IMG/VR virus record: IMGVR_UViG_3300042987_002630
Location: 1 to 56,136 of that record
From: a virus
Taxonomy: Duplodnaviria; Caudoviricetes
Strand: one strand, 5' to 3'
Length of the DNA: 56,136 nt
Shown one piece after another: positions 46,558-55,199 of the stretch. The notes under the pieces are model-generated. The model was not told where the DNA came from, made no database searches, and saw nothing but the letters and a program-made list of their open reading frames with translations. How positions within the stretch are numbered: the first letter of the stretch is position 1; every line of letters begins with the position of its first letter. Both the position numbers and the translations under genes were made by a program.

Positions 46558-48441
46558 ATGGCCAAAGATCAAATTCGTAAATTAAGTGATGGTGCTCATA
46601 TCCGTTTGAGAACGGAGATGTATTTGGGCAGCCGTAGCCCACACACACAAATTGTCATCAATTGGGACGGCAGCCGACTGGCTCCTCAAGAGGTCACCTG
46701 GGTGCCCGCAATTTATACAGCATTCAGGGAAATCCTGGACAACAGTTTGGATGAGTTGTTGGGTCATGGGCATGGAAACCGTATTGATATCGATTATGAT
46801 ATACAAACATGTACCTTCAAGGTTCGCGACAACGGCAGAGGCATTCCTTTGGATTGGGATGAACAAGAAAAAATGCACAAAGCCACTATGGTTTTGGTAA
46901 GCCCTCGAGCTGGTAGAAATTTTGATGAACGGGAAGTGGTACGTGGTACAAATGGTATTGGTGCAAGTGCCACCATTCACACCAGCAGCCAGGCTCATGT
47001 GACAGTTTGGCGAAATGGGGAAAAATTTCAACAAACTTTCCAAGAACCCACTGCTGTACTGCCTGATCTGCAAATCAGTAAACCCAAGATTACCAAAATC
47101 ACTAGTGACAAAAGTGGCACAGAGATTGAGTTCACACCCAGCCAGCAAGTTTTCAAAACTCTCACACTGCCTGTGGATTTTATACGTGCGAGAATAACAG
47201 AAGTGGCTGCCAATCATCCGCAGGTCAAGTTTTATTTCAATGGTGAAAAAATCTCAGTCAAGGCCACCCTGGACAAAACATTTTTTGAACATGTGGATTT
47301 CGTCAAAGTAGCAGTCAACCAAGACAAATTTGAGAGCGTGTTTTATCTTGTTCCTCAATTTGCTGAGGAAGGTGAATTTGTTCACAGCACTGTGAACGAT
47401 ATTCCTGCATTCAATGGCGGCAATCACATTGATGTGTTCAAGAGAACATTTTTTGGCAACCTGCTCAAGACTCTGGAAAGAGAAAGCAAGCGTAGAGGAT
47501 TGGTGCCCAATCGTAGCGATGTAAGCGAAGGCATTTTGGTTTACAATGTGACCACCATGCATGCTCCCAATTTTGACAGCCAGAGCAAAACTCGTTTGAT
47601 CAACGAGGAAGTGGAAACTCATGTGCGAGCAACCCTGGATGATGAAAAACTTTACAAACGCATCATCAAGGAGCACAAATCATGGATTGATCATATCTAT
47701 GCACGATGTGCTGCAAGGACCCAAAAGAAGGATGATGCAGAAACTGCCAAGCTGGCACGCAAAGTTTTGAGAAACAAGGTACCCAAACTCATGGATGCCA
47801 CTGGCAAAGATCGCACCAAATGTATATTGCTTTTAACGGAAGGCGATAGCGCTATTAGCATGGCATCAGCAGTGAGAGATCCAGAAGTGCATGGTGGATT
47901 GCCTTTGCGGGGCAAGATTCTCAATGTGCGAGGAGAAACCAACAAAACAATCTTGGACAACCAGATTTGCCAGGATATCATGAGCAGTATTGGGCTAGTG
48001 TTGGCACAAAAAGTAGATAGGAATCAATTACGTTATGGGCAAGTATGGATCACTTGTGATGCTGATACTGATGGTGCCAACATCATGGCGCTGCTGACCA
48101 ATTTCTTCTATCTACACTGGCCTGAATTGTTTGACATCAACCAACCACCATTCTTCTTGGTGTTCAGCACACCATTTATTATCCAAGAAGACAAAAAGAA
48201 ACATCGTCACTATTGGTACAGCGATGATTGGCAAAACTATAATGGTGATGATTGGTCTGGCTGCCCCAAACCCACTCGCGCCAAAGGTTTGGGTAGTTTG
48301 GAGGAAGTGGACTGGGTCAACAGCTTGGCCAAGCCTAGGTTGATCCCCCTGTTGGACGATGGTCAAATGAGCGATACACTGGACCTACTTTTTAACAAAA
48401 CTCGCGCTGATGCACGCAAAGAATGGATGGCTCTGCATTAA
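46558..48441 (+). CDS. Type II topoisomerase ATPase/TOPRIM subunit (GyrB/T4 gp39+60-like), uninterrupted
   Basis: EILDNSLDE, DNGRGIP, GTNGIG, TEGDSA, PLRGKILN, DADTDG, KGLGS. Confidence 0.93.
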   Translation: MAKDQIRKLSDGAHIRLRTEMYLGSRSPHTQIVINWDGSRLAPQEVTWVPAIYTAFREILDNSLDELLGHGHGNRIDIDYDIQTCTFKVRDNGRGIPLDWDEQEKMHKATMVLVSPRAGRNFDEREVVRGTNGIGASATIHTSSQAHVTVWRNGEKFQQTFQEPTAVLPDLQISKPKITKITSDKSGTEIEFTPSQQVFKTLTLPVDFIRARITEVAANHPQVKFYFNGEKISVKATLDKTFFEHVDFVKVAVNQDKFESVFYLVPQFAEEGEFVHSTVNDIPAFNGGNHIDVFKRTFFGNLLKTLERESKRRGLVPNRSDVSEGILVYNVTTMHAPNFDSQSKTRLINEEVETHVRATLDDEKLYKRIIKEHKSWIDHIYARCAARTQKKDDAETAKLARKVLRNKVPKLMDATGKDRTKCILLLTEGDSAISMASAVRDPEVHGGLPLRGKILNVRGETNKTILDNQICQDIMSSIGLVLAQKVDRNQLRYGQVWITCDADTDGANIMALLTNFFYLHWPELFDINQPPFFLVFSTPFIIQEDKKKHRHYWYSDDWQNYNGDDWSGCPKPTRAKGLGSLEEVDWVNSLAKPRLIPLLDDGQMSDTLDLLFNKTRADARKEWMALH

Positions 48442-48629
48442 CCTATCATGGAGAAGACTTCTTTTTCTTCTCCATAGTTTCCTTTCTCTTTGCGGCTATT
48501 TCTGCTTTTTTATCCGTGAATATAATGCAATCTTTCTACTATAGAGCCGTCGGGTTCTGACCAACCATGGACGGCAAGCCTAACGTTGTGTTAGCCGTTT
48601 ATTTAGTCTATAATGATTAATACCAAGAA

Positions 48630-50048
48630 ATGGATGACAATCTAATGGCAAAACAAGCAAGCAAGACAACCACACAAACACAGGCAACAGTTGTCCCTCA
48701 GATTGTCTCCACTGTAAGTAGTGACTTTATCAAAACCAGCAGTAGAGAATATGCCATATATACTGCACAGAATAGAGCAATCCCTAGTATCTGTGACGGA
48801 TTGAAAGACGGGCAACGCAAAGCAATTTGGGGAATTCGCAATCTCAAAGAGAAGATCAAGGTGATCAGTCTCTCAGGTTCGATTATAGCCGAGGGTTGGT
48901 TCTTACACGGTGATGTGAGTGCCAGCGATACCATCAGCAGATTGGCAGCACCCTATCTCAACAATGTAACATTACTGGAAGGCGTGGGTGCATTTGGCAC
49001 CAGAGTCACACCAGACGGGTGGGGTGCTCCACGTTACACGTATGTGAAAAAGAACAAGGCCACTCAGGCTTTGCTTTATCCTGACTTGGATATTGTGCCA
49101 CTCAAGCCCAATTATGACGGTAGTGTCATGGAACCCTGCAACTTTTTGCCCTTGATTCCTCTAGTGCTGCTGAATGGCATCAGCGGCATTGCTGTGGGTT
49201 GGAGTACAGACATCCTACCTCACAGTCTCCAGGACATTGTCTCAGCGACCATCGCTGCCATTGATAACAAACCCATCCCCAAAATCCTACCCAAATTTGA
49301 TTGCATGAATGTGCAAACAAAAGATCTGGGCGACAACAGTTATGAGTTTTCTGGCAGAGCAACTGTGGAAAGTGCCACTACTGTACGTGTAACCGAACTA
49401 CCACCTGACCTATCCTTGGAACGATTCAAGGCTCGCTTGAACACCATGGAAGATGAGGGATTGATAAACACTTACACAGATCGTAGCACAAAAACAATTG
49501 ATGTGGAAATCCGCTTCAAAAGGGGATCAATTGACAACTGGCAAGAACAGGATGCTATCAACTTCCTCAAGCTCAAAAGCAAGGCCAGTGAACGTTTTGT
49601 TGTGTTGGATTTCAACAACAGCAGCATCAGGCAATATGAGAATACTGAAGACCTAGTCAAAAGCTTTGTGGAATGGCGACTGGGTTGGTTCACAGTTCGA
49701 TTCCAAAAACAGATTGCAGACTTGACAAAAGAGTTGAATTTTGCATGCGGTGTAAAAGCATGTGTGGACAAAGGCTTGCCCAAATTCCTGCCCATTGCCC
49801 CCAACAAAAGTAGTGTGGAAGATCAAGTGCGCAAAATTTGCACCAAGATCAAGTTGGATGACAGCCAGATCGAACGTTTGGTGAGCTTTCCCAGCTATCG
49901 TTGGGCACAAGACAGTGTCTCCAAGATCGAACAGGAGATTGTGGATTTGGGCAACCAAATTGTTGCCTTGGAAGACATTTTGAATGATCCCAAGCAGATC
50001 AAATCAATTTACAAACAAGAAGTACAAGCACTTTTGAAGTTGTGTTAG
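48630..50048 (+). CDS. Type II topoisomerase breakage-reunion subunit (GyrA/T4 gp52-like)
   Basis: RAIPSICDGLKDGQRK, HGDVS, APRYT catalytic Tyr, LNGISGIAVGWST. Confidence 0.93.
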   Translation: MDDNLMAKQASKTTTQTQATVVPQIVSTVSSDFIKTSSREYAIYTAQNRAIPSICDGLKDGQRKAIWGIRNLKEKIKVISLSGSIIAEGWFLHGDVSASDTISRLAAPYLNNVTLLEGVGAFGTRVTPDGWGAPRYTYVKKNKATQALLYPDLDIVPLKPNYDGSVMEPCNFLPLIPLVLLNGISGIAVGWSTDILPHSLQDIVSATIAAIDNKPIPKILPKFDCMNVQTKDLGDNSYEFSGRATVESATTVRVTELPPDLSLERFKARLNTMEDEGLINTYTDRSTKTIDVEIRFKRGSIDNWQEQDAINFLKLKSKASERFVVLDFNNSSIRQYENTEDLVKSFVEWRLGWFTVRFQKQIADLTKELNFACGVKACVDKGLPKFLPIAPNKSSVEDQVRKICTKIKLDDSQIERLVSFPSYRWAQDSVSKIEQEIVDLGNQIVALEDILNDPKQIKSIYKQEVQALLKLC

Positions 50049-50181
50049 TGCATGTTCTCTCAGATGTGGAAGAGTTGTTACACATATATACCTTGCATTT
50101 TTTGCATAGATCATTGTAAGCTATACATTTTTTGCATACCTGTGTAAGCAGCTTTCTGTATTATCTCTTGGGTATTCATGT

Positions 50182-50193
50182 TGCAACGCAGCA
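50182..50193. promoter_or_regulatory. Possible PhaR-type operator
   Basis: TGCAACGCAGCA within ATGTTGC-AAC-GCAGCAT dyad, upstream of two small ORFs. Confidence 0.4.
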
Positions 50194-50227
50194 TATATAG
50201 TGTATTATATACGCAAGGAGGTATATT

Positions 50228-50350
50228 ATGTTCAAAAAATTATGTAGCACACTTATTGCATGTGTACAAGTTTTAAACGAAGCTCGTGCACTACAATACA
50301 CGCTAATGCACGAATATCGGAATCCCAACACTAAGGAGAACACAAAATGA
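50228..50350 (+). CDS. Small protein (40 aa), below the ORF-track cutoff
   Basis: SD AAGGAGG; MFKKLCSTLIACVQVLNEARALQ...; ATGA overlap with the next ORF. Confidence 0.6.
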   Translation: MFKKLCSTLIACVQVLNEARALQYTLMHEYRNPNTKENTK

Positions 50351-50526
50351 AATTCTGGAATAGCCTTGAACAATGGGTTAGGGCATGGACTCAAACTTGT
50401 GAAGAGAGATATCTCAACCAATCTTGTGATATTAGTGATCTTGAGCAACGTATGCGCAATATCGAATACAGTCGTTGGCAACAACGCAATGGCAATGGTA
50501 GATTTGATCATAGATTCATCCTTTGA
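50347..50526 (+). CDS. Small protein (59 aa), DUF3563-like
   Basis: SD AAGGAG; EERYLNQSCDISDLEQRMRNIE resembles the E-x-YL-x-x-x-x-D-x-x-DLE-x-R motif. Confidence 0.55.
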   Translation: MKFWNSLEQWVRAWTQTCEERYLNQSCDISDLEQRMRNIEYSRWQQRNGNGRFDHRFIL

Positions 50527-50557
50527 CATTTTTGTTCTAATAGGCTAGATTGATCAT

Positions 50558-51382
50558 ATGAAATTTATTTTAATCAGTGACGTTCATGTGGACCACCAAA
50601 ATTGGCAATGGAATTTGCTGGATGGGCTAGACAAACATGTTCCTATTGTGGTGGCCGGAGACATCAGCAACGATGTATTGGTAACCAGCCATTGGCTGGT
50701 TCAACTACGCAAGAGATTCAACAGTGTAATTTGGGTAGCAGGAAATCATTGCTGTTACAATAGTGGACTACATCAAACACGTTTGCGCGATCCTGAATTT
50801 GATAAAAAATGGCCCTATCCTACCAATATACAACAGATTTATGACCATTACTCTAGATGGAGTGCTGAGCATGACATTCATTTTTTAAATCGAACCAGTG
50901 TGGTCATCCACGGTGTGGAGTTTCTGGGCGCCACAGGCTGGCACAATTTTGATGCCCATGAACATCTTTCTCAGCAAAGCCAAATAGATGCTTGGAACCA
51001 ATTTATGTGGGACAGTCAATGTGTTCACTGGGATCATCCTCAGCCACATCTGGCTGTTTTGGATCAAGCACAAAAGGATGCTGATTGGATAAGAACAACT
51101 ATCAAATCCAATCAGCTGCCCAAAGTGATTGTAACTCATCATATTCCACAACAACGATTTGTCAAATTCACCAACAGTGTGGAGTGGAATTTGTTGAATG
51201 GTAGTTTTCTCAACACATGGTTGAGTGATTGTGTTGATGAGAGTGTGAGGTGTTGGTGTTTTGGTCACACGCATTTTAGAACAAGAGAAACTTATTTGGG
51301 AGTAGATTTCATCAACAATGCTCGAGGGTATGGTCATGAAAACGCCAACTGGCAGCCCTTGGAGGTTGAAATTGCGTGCTAG
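50558..51382 (+). CDS. Calcineurin-like metallophosphoesterase
   Basis: SDVHVD, AGDI, VAGNH, VTHH, FGHTH. Confidence 0.9.
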   Translation: MKFILISDVHVDHQNWQWNLLDGLDKHVPIVVAGDISNDVLVTSHWLVQLRKRFNSVIWVAGNHCCYNSGLHQTRLRDPEFDKKWPYPTNIQQIYDHYSRWSAEHDIHFLNRTSVVIHGVEFLGATGWHNFDAHEHLSQQSQIDAWNQFMWDSQCVHWDHPQPHLAVLDQAQKDADWIRTTIKSNQLPKVIVTHHIPQQRFVKFTNSVEWNLLNGSFLNTWLSDCVDESVRCWCFGHTHFRTRETYLGVDFINNARGYGHENANWQPLEVEIAC

Positions 51383-51443
51383 AATCAGGCGGGCCACAAA
51401 CTACTCTTGGTAGTGACTTTTCAACTAGAAATTTAGATTCTTG

Positions 51444-51472
51444 TTGACACAATTAAAAAACTAGCCTAATAT
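51444..51472 (+). promoter_or_regulatory. Sigma70-type promoter
   Basis: TTGACA-17 nt-TAATAT, just upstream of the ACAGCA array. Confidence 0.65.
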
Positions 51473-51480
51473 ACGAACAA

Positions 51481-51783
51481 GGGTTGCATACAGCAAAAAC
51501 AAGCTTTGGAACAGCACTAGGTCAACCCGACAGCCTACCCATGGATCATTACAGCATAATTTTACGGATTTGATGGATTCGATACCATCTATGATCCAGT
51601 TCAAAAAGGTTTTGGTAAAGGATGGATACAGCAAACCCCTGAGAGCATATCTCTCCATATTGCCTTGCTTGATGAGGCTAGTGTTGATAGAATATCAACT
51701 ATAGTAGATGATAGACTGACAAGTTTCTAGAGCTTGTTGGAGGGCCTACTAGAAAAAAATCAATCCCTGCTATCAACCATCCT
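51481..51783 (+). ncRNA. Array of three stem-closed ACAGCA RNA units (candidate Y-RNA-like RNAs)
   Basis: GGGTTG-caTACAGCAA...CAACCC; TGGATCAT-TACAGCAT...ATGATCCA; AGGATGG-aTACAGCAA...CCATCCT. Confidence 0.6.
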
Positions 51784-51796
51784 GTCTAAATAATTA

Positions 51797-52231
51797 ATGC
51801 GTGATCTAATCAAACTAGTTGAGCTAGCTCAGCACTCCGGAGATCGAATTCCCCGGAGTGCTTTTCTTTATTTGCCGCCTCAAGGCGATCCAACCAAATT
51901 TGCTCAGTGTGGCAGTTGTGGTATGTTTATCCCCAACAAGCAAAGATGCTGGTTGTTTGGTGATGATGACCTTGTTGTGGCCAATGCCAGTTGCGGTTTG
52001 TATATTCAGGGCAAGCCCAGCAATGATCAACAGCCACAACACAAAGTGACTCCTGAGCAAGCTGGATATAACCTGGGACAGGTTAGATGTGAAAACTGCA
52101 AATGGTTCACAGGCAGTGAATGCGATCTTTTTGTTTTGCTTAATCAACAAATGCCCAATATTTTTGATCTGGATACAAACGTGGAAAGCCAAGCCTGTTG
52201 CAACGCCTGGCAACAAAATCTTTCTGATTAA
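51797..52231 (+). CDS. Protein with two tandem HiPIP-like 4-Cys domains
   Basis: Y...CGSCGMF...C...VANASCGLY and Y...CENCKWF...C...VESQACCNAW. Confidence 0.55.
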   Translation: MRDLIKLVELAQHSGDRIPRSAFLYLPPQGDPTKFAQCGSCGMFIPNKQRCWLFGDDDLVVANASCGLYIQGKPSNDQQPQHKVTPEQAGYNLGQVRCENCKWFTGSECDLFVLLNQQMPNIFDLDTNVESQACCNAWQQNLSD

Positions 52232-52292
52232 TTCGACATAGTTGGGGTTTTGGGTTATATTGGCATGAACAGAACGTGAAGGATCTCATGTC

Positions 52293-53807
52293 ATGACCAC
52301 TTTTGCCCATGCACTGGAACTGTCGCAATCCATGCCTGTAGCCACAACTGCCAATGGTATGCCAACCAATGCCAGCACAGGTAATGCAGTTTTGAACTGT
52401 TTCTTCATTTTGGGCTCCAGTCGTGGCCAAGACATAAGTGCTCAATTTCAGGCAGCATTGGATGAAAATCCTGTGTTGGCTGTCAAAGCACTTTTTTGGG
52501 CACGTGACGTGCGCGGAGGTGCAGGGGAACGCGAAACCTTCCGGAAATTGCTTACTGTGCTGGAAAAGCATGATGGGGAAATGACTAGACGCGTGATCCC
52601 TTTGATTGCCGAATATGGTAGGTATGATGACCTTCATGTATTCCACACTGATCTAGCCCAAAAACTAGCAATCCAAACACATGCAGATGCTATCCGTTCG
52701 GGCAATGGTTTGGCAAGCAAATGGGCGCCACGCAAAGGTCCCATTGCCAATCAGCTACGTAAAGCTCTTGGTATGGATCCCAAAACCTATCGCAAAACCA
52801 TTGTGGGTTTCACAAAAGTTGTGGAAACTCAGATGTGTGCCCAACAATGGGATAGTATCAACTATAGTCATGTTCCTAGTGTGGCTAGTGCTCGTTATCA
52901 AAAATCTTTCTCTAGACATGATCCTGTGCGTTATGCTGAGTTCAAAGCATCAGCTCTCAAAGGAGCAGTCAAAATCAATGCTGGCACCCTGTTCCCCTAC
53001 GATGTGCTCAAGAGTGTGCGTAGTGGTGATCCTGTTGCTGCACTGGCTCAGTGGGAGGCACTGCCCAACTACCTGGGTGACAATGGATTTATCCTGCCTG
53101 TGATTGACGTCAGCGGCAGCATGAACAGCCGAGTGGGCGATGCCAAGAGCACGCTCTCCTGTATGGATGTGGCCATCAGCCTGGGCCTTTACCTGGCGGA
53201 CAAGCAGAAGGGTGCGTTCAAGGACATGTTCCTCAACTTCCACACCAACAGCAAGATCCACCACCTCCAGGGTAACCTGCTGGAGAAGATCAACCAGATC
53301 CAGCGCAGTGACTGGGGCGGAAGCACAAACCTGGAAAGTGCCTTCAAGGAGATCCTGCGTGTGGCAGTCGGCAGCAATGTTCCCCCAAATGAAATGCCAC
53401 GATACCTTCTGGTAATTACAGATCTAGGATTTGATCCCAGCAGCAACAATGCAGGTCAAGGAGCGATGGCAATGGCAAAAGATATTTTTGCTAGGCATAA
53501 TTATTCGTTGCCAAATGTTATCTGGTGGAACGTAGCACATAGGCCAGGTGGATACGGTGGTGATAATAATTTTCCTGTTACTCAGCATGAGAGTGGTTCA
53601 GCCCTGGTATCAGGATTCAGTCCCTCTATCGTCAAAAGCGTCTTGAGCTCCACATCGATTACTCCTTATGACATAATGCTAGAAACTCTTGACAATCCTC
53701 GGTATGAACTTGTAGGTAATGTAGTAGACCATTACCAGAAAGAAAATTTGAACAGTAGCAAAATCCAAGGATCATGCCATGATGTTTTTAAAACTCAATG
53801 TCAGTAA
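52293..53807 (+). CDS. DUF2828-family TROVE-like/vWA protein (Ro60-related architecture)
   Basis: TANGM, LFWARDVRGGAGERETF, EYGRYDDL, KWAPR, INYSHVPSVA, TLFPYDV, vWA MIDAS DVSGSM, WGGSTN, IWWN, LVSGFSP. Confidence 0.8.
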   Translation: MTTFAHALELSQSMPVATTANGMPTNASTGNAVLNCFFILGSSRGQDISAQFQAALDENPVLAVKALFWARDVRGGAGERETFRKLLTVLEKHDGEMTRRVIPLIAEYGRYDDLHVFHTDLAQKLAIQTHADAIRSGNGLASKWAPRKGPIANQLRKALGMDPKTYRKTIVGFTKVVETQMCAQQWDSINYSHVPSVASARYQKSFSRHDPVRYAEFKASALKGAVKINAGTLFPYDVLKSVRSGDPVAALAQWEALPNYLGDNGFILPVIDVSGSMNSRVGDAKSTLSCMDVAISLGLYLADKQKGAFKDMFLNFHTNSKIHHLQGNLLEKINQIQRSDWGGSTNLESAFKEILRVAVGSNVPPNEMPRYLLVITDLGFDPSSNNAGQGAMAMAKDIFARHNYSLPNVIWWNVAHRPGGYGGDNNFPVTQHESGSALVSGFSPSIVKSVLSSTSITPYDIMLETLDNPRYELVGNVVDHYQKENLNSSKIQGSCHDVFKTQCQ

Positions 53808-54075
53808 TCCTTTTTTTCGGCAGCAAGACTGCTTTGAATCCACAATTGATTTTTTTAAAGAATTCAAATTAACAAAAAATAAACATTTGGAAATCCAATT
53901 AGGCAGGTTTGAGCTGCACGATCTTATAGGAATTGAATTAGATCTCCGCTGGAAAGGTAGTGATCACCAAGGACCTGCATTGGAAATCCTAATATTGGGC
54001 TTGTTTTTCAGAATCAATATTTATGACCAGAGGCATTGGGATTATAGCCAGCATGGTTGGCAAAATGTGCCATGA
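53779..54075 (+). CDS. Hypothetical protein
   Basis: KNKHLEIQ...DHQG...IYDQRHWDY. Confidence 0.6.
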   Translation: MMFLKLNVSNPFFRQQDCFESTIDFFKEFKLTKNKHLEIQLGRFELHDLIGIELDLRWKGSDHQGPALEILILGLFFRINIYDQRHWDYSQHGWQNVP

Positions 54076-54320
54076 CTGCATTAACAGACAGATGGCCATA
54101 CAGTGTGCCCAATCCTTTTGGGTATGGCACCTGTGACTATCTTGACATGTGTGCGTGGTTACGGAAAACCATGGGTAATCCTGGCCAGGCATATACATGG
54201 CAATACAGTGATCTACTTTTGTTTGCTACCCAGGAAGATGCAATTTTTTTCTCTCTCAGCTGGAACATTGTACAACCTGTTGAACAACAGGGTCCCAAGG
54301 ATCAGGAACACGTCTTATGA
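54072..54320 (+). CDS. Hypothetical protein
   Basis: WL...G...W...F...DAIFFSLSW small phage-protein pattern. Confidence 0.55.
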   Translation: MTALTDRWPYSVPNPFGYGTCDYLDMCAWLRKTMGNPGQAYTWQYSDLLLFATQEDAIFFSLSWNIVQPVEQQGPKDQEHVL

Positions 54321-54664
54321 ATTATGTTTGTGATGGAAAAGTGGGAGTGATCATTCATCGTGGTTGGGGATCAGGATGGAGCACAGGCACGCAACCAGAA
54401 CATAGAAACATCCTTTTGTTTCATCCCTTGCTGGTGGAAGCTGTACACAAATTCCAAAAGGGAATTTGTGACATTTCACAACTTTATGCTGATATCTATT
54501 TTGCTTTCCAAATGTTAGGATTGGACATAAAATTTTTGGACGGATATAGATTGGAAAAACTGGTTGTGTTGTGGTTGGATCCTGGGTGTGAATTCCTAGT
54601 GCAGGAATATGATGGTGTGGAAACAATTTTAAAGAAAGAATCCACAAATTGGATCCAAGTGTGA
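54317..54664 (+). CDS. Phage hypothetical protein
   Basis: DGKVGVII...GWGSGWST...LFHPLLV...EYDGVE. Confidence 0.65.
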   Translation: MNYVCDGKVGVIIHRGWGSGWSTGTQPEHRNILLFHPLLVEAVHKFQKGICDISQLYADIYFAFQMLGLDIKFLDGYRLEKLVVLWLDPGCEFLVQEYDGVETILKKESTNWIQV

Positions 54665-54774
54665 ACCACTGTGGAGTGAACTACTTTTGGTCTGACCCAA
54701 CAGGGTTGCGCGGCTAAGGACTAACTATAAACAAATGGCTAGTTATGTTCGAATTATAGTAGCTCACAAGTTAC

Positions 54775-55145
54775 CTCCCGCCGCGGAAAGTCAGGGCGCT
54801 AGAACCCCTGGATGGATAGCGAGTGGTATAAATATTGATAATGAAAAATATAGGATCTATCCAACCCCACAGCAGGAACAACGGATCTAGTCAGTTGGTG
54901 GTTCAGTGCGATATCTATACAACCACTTCCTCAAGATCAACATTGATGAATACCAATTGACCAAGAAAAATGCAGCAGTGAACATCCACCACTGGGGACA
55001 TCAACCGTGGACAATAGATCATGCAGGGCAGGAACTGCCCCCTGCGCCTGTGGATGTGATAACAGATATTCTCACTCATTGGGGTCTGCTGTCAGCCAAT
55101 ACGATCAAGCAGGAAGCCACAGCCCTTTAGGGCGTGATAGTTCAC
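54775..55145 (+). mobile_element. Internally deleted non-autonomous derivative of the tnpB element
   Basis: TTAC then left end CTCCCGCCGCGGAAAG, TATAAATA, broken tnpB 5' part joined to the last ~175 nt, right end GATAGTTCAC. Confidence 0.88.
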
Positions 55146-55199
55146 CTATCTGCAAAAATAAAGTGAAACTTCTTGATTAGAAATCATAATAACACTATA

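Noticed and set aside
46558-48441. Split or bypass-interrupted topoisomerase as in T4 genes 39/60
   Set aside because: ATPase and TOPRIM regions are in one continuous ORF.
51481-51783. tRNA genes or CRISPR array
   Set aside because: No complete cloverleaf or CCA end; only about 7 nt are shared between units and spacing is irregular.
54665-54770. A further miniature IS copy (GTGAACTAC at about 54676)
   Set aside because: Only 9 nt match the right end; the CCCTTTAGGG hairpin and left end are absent.
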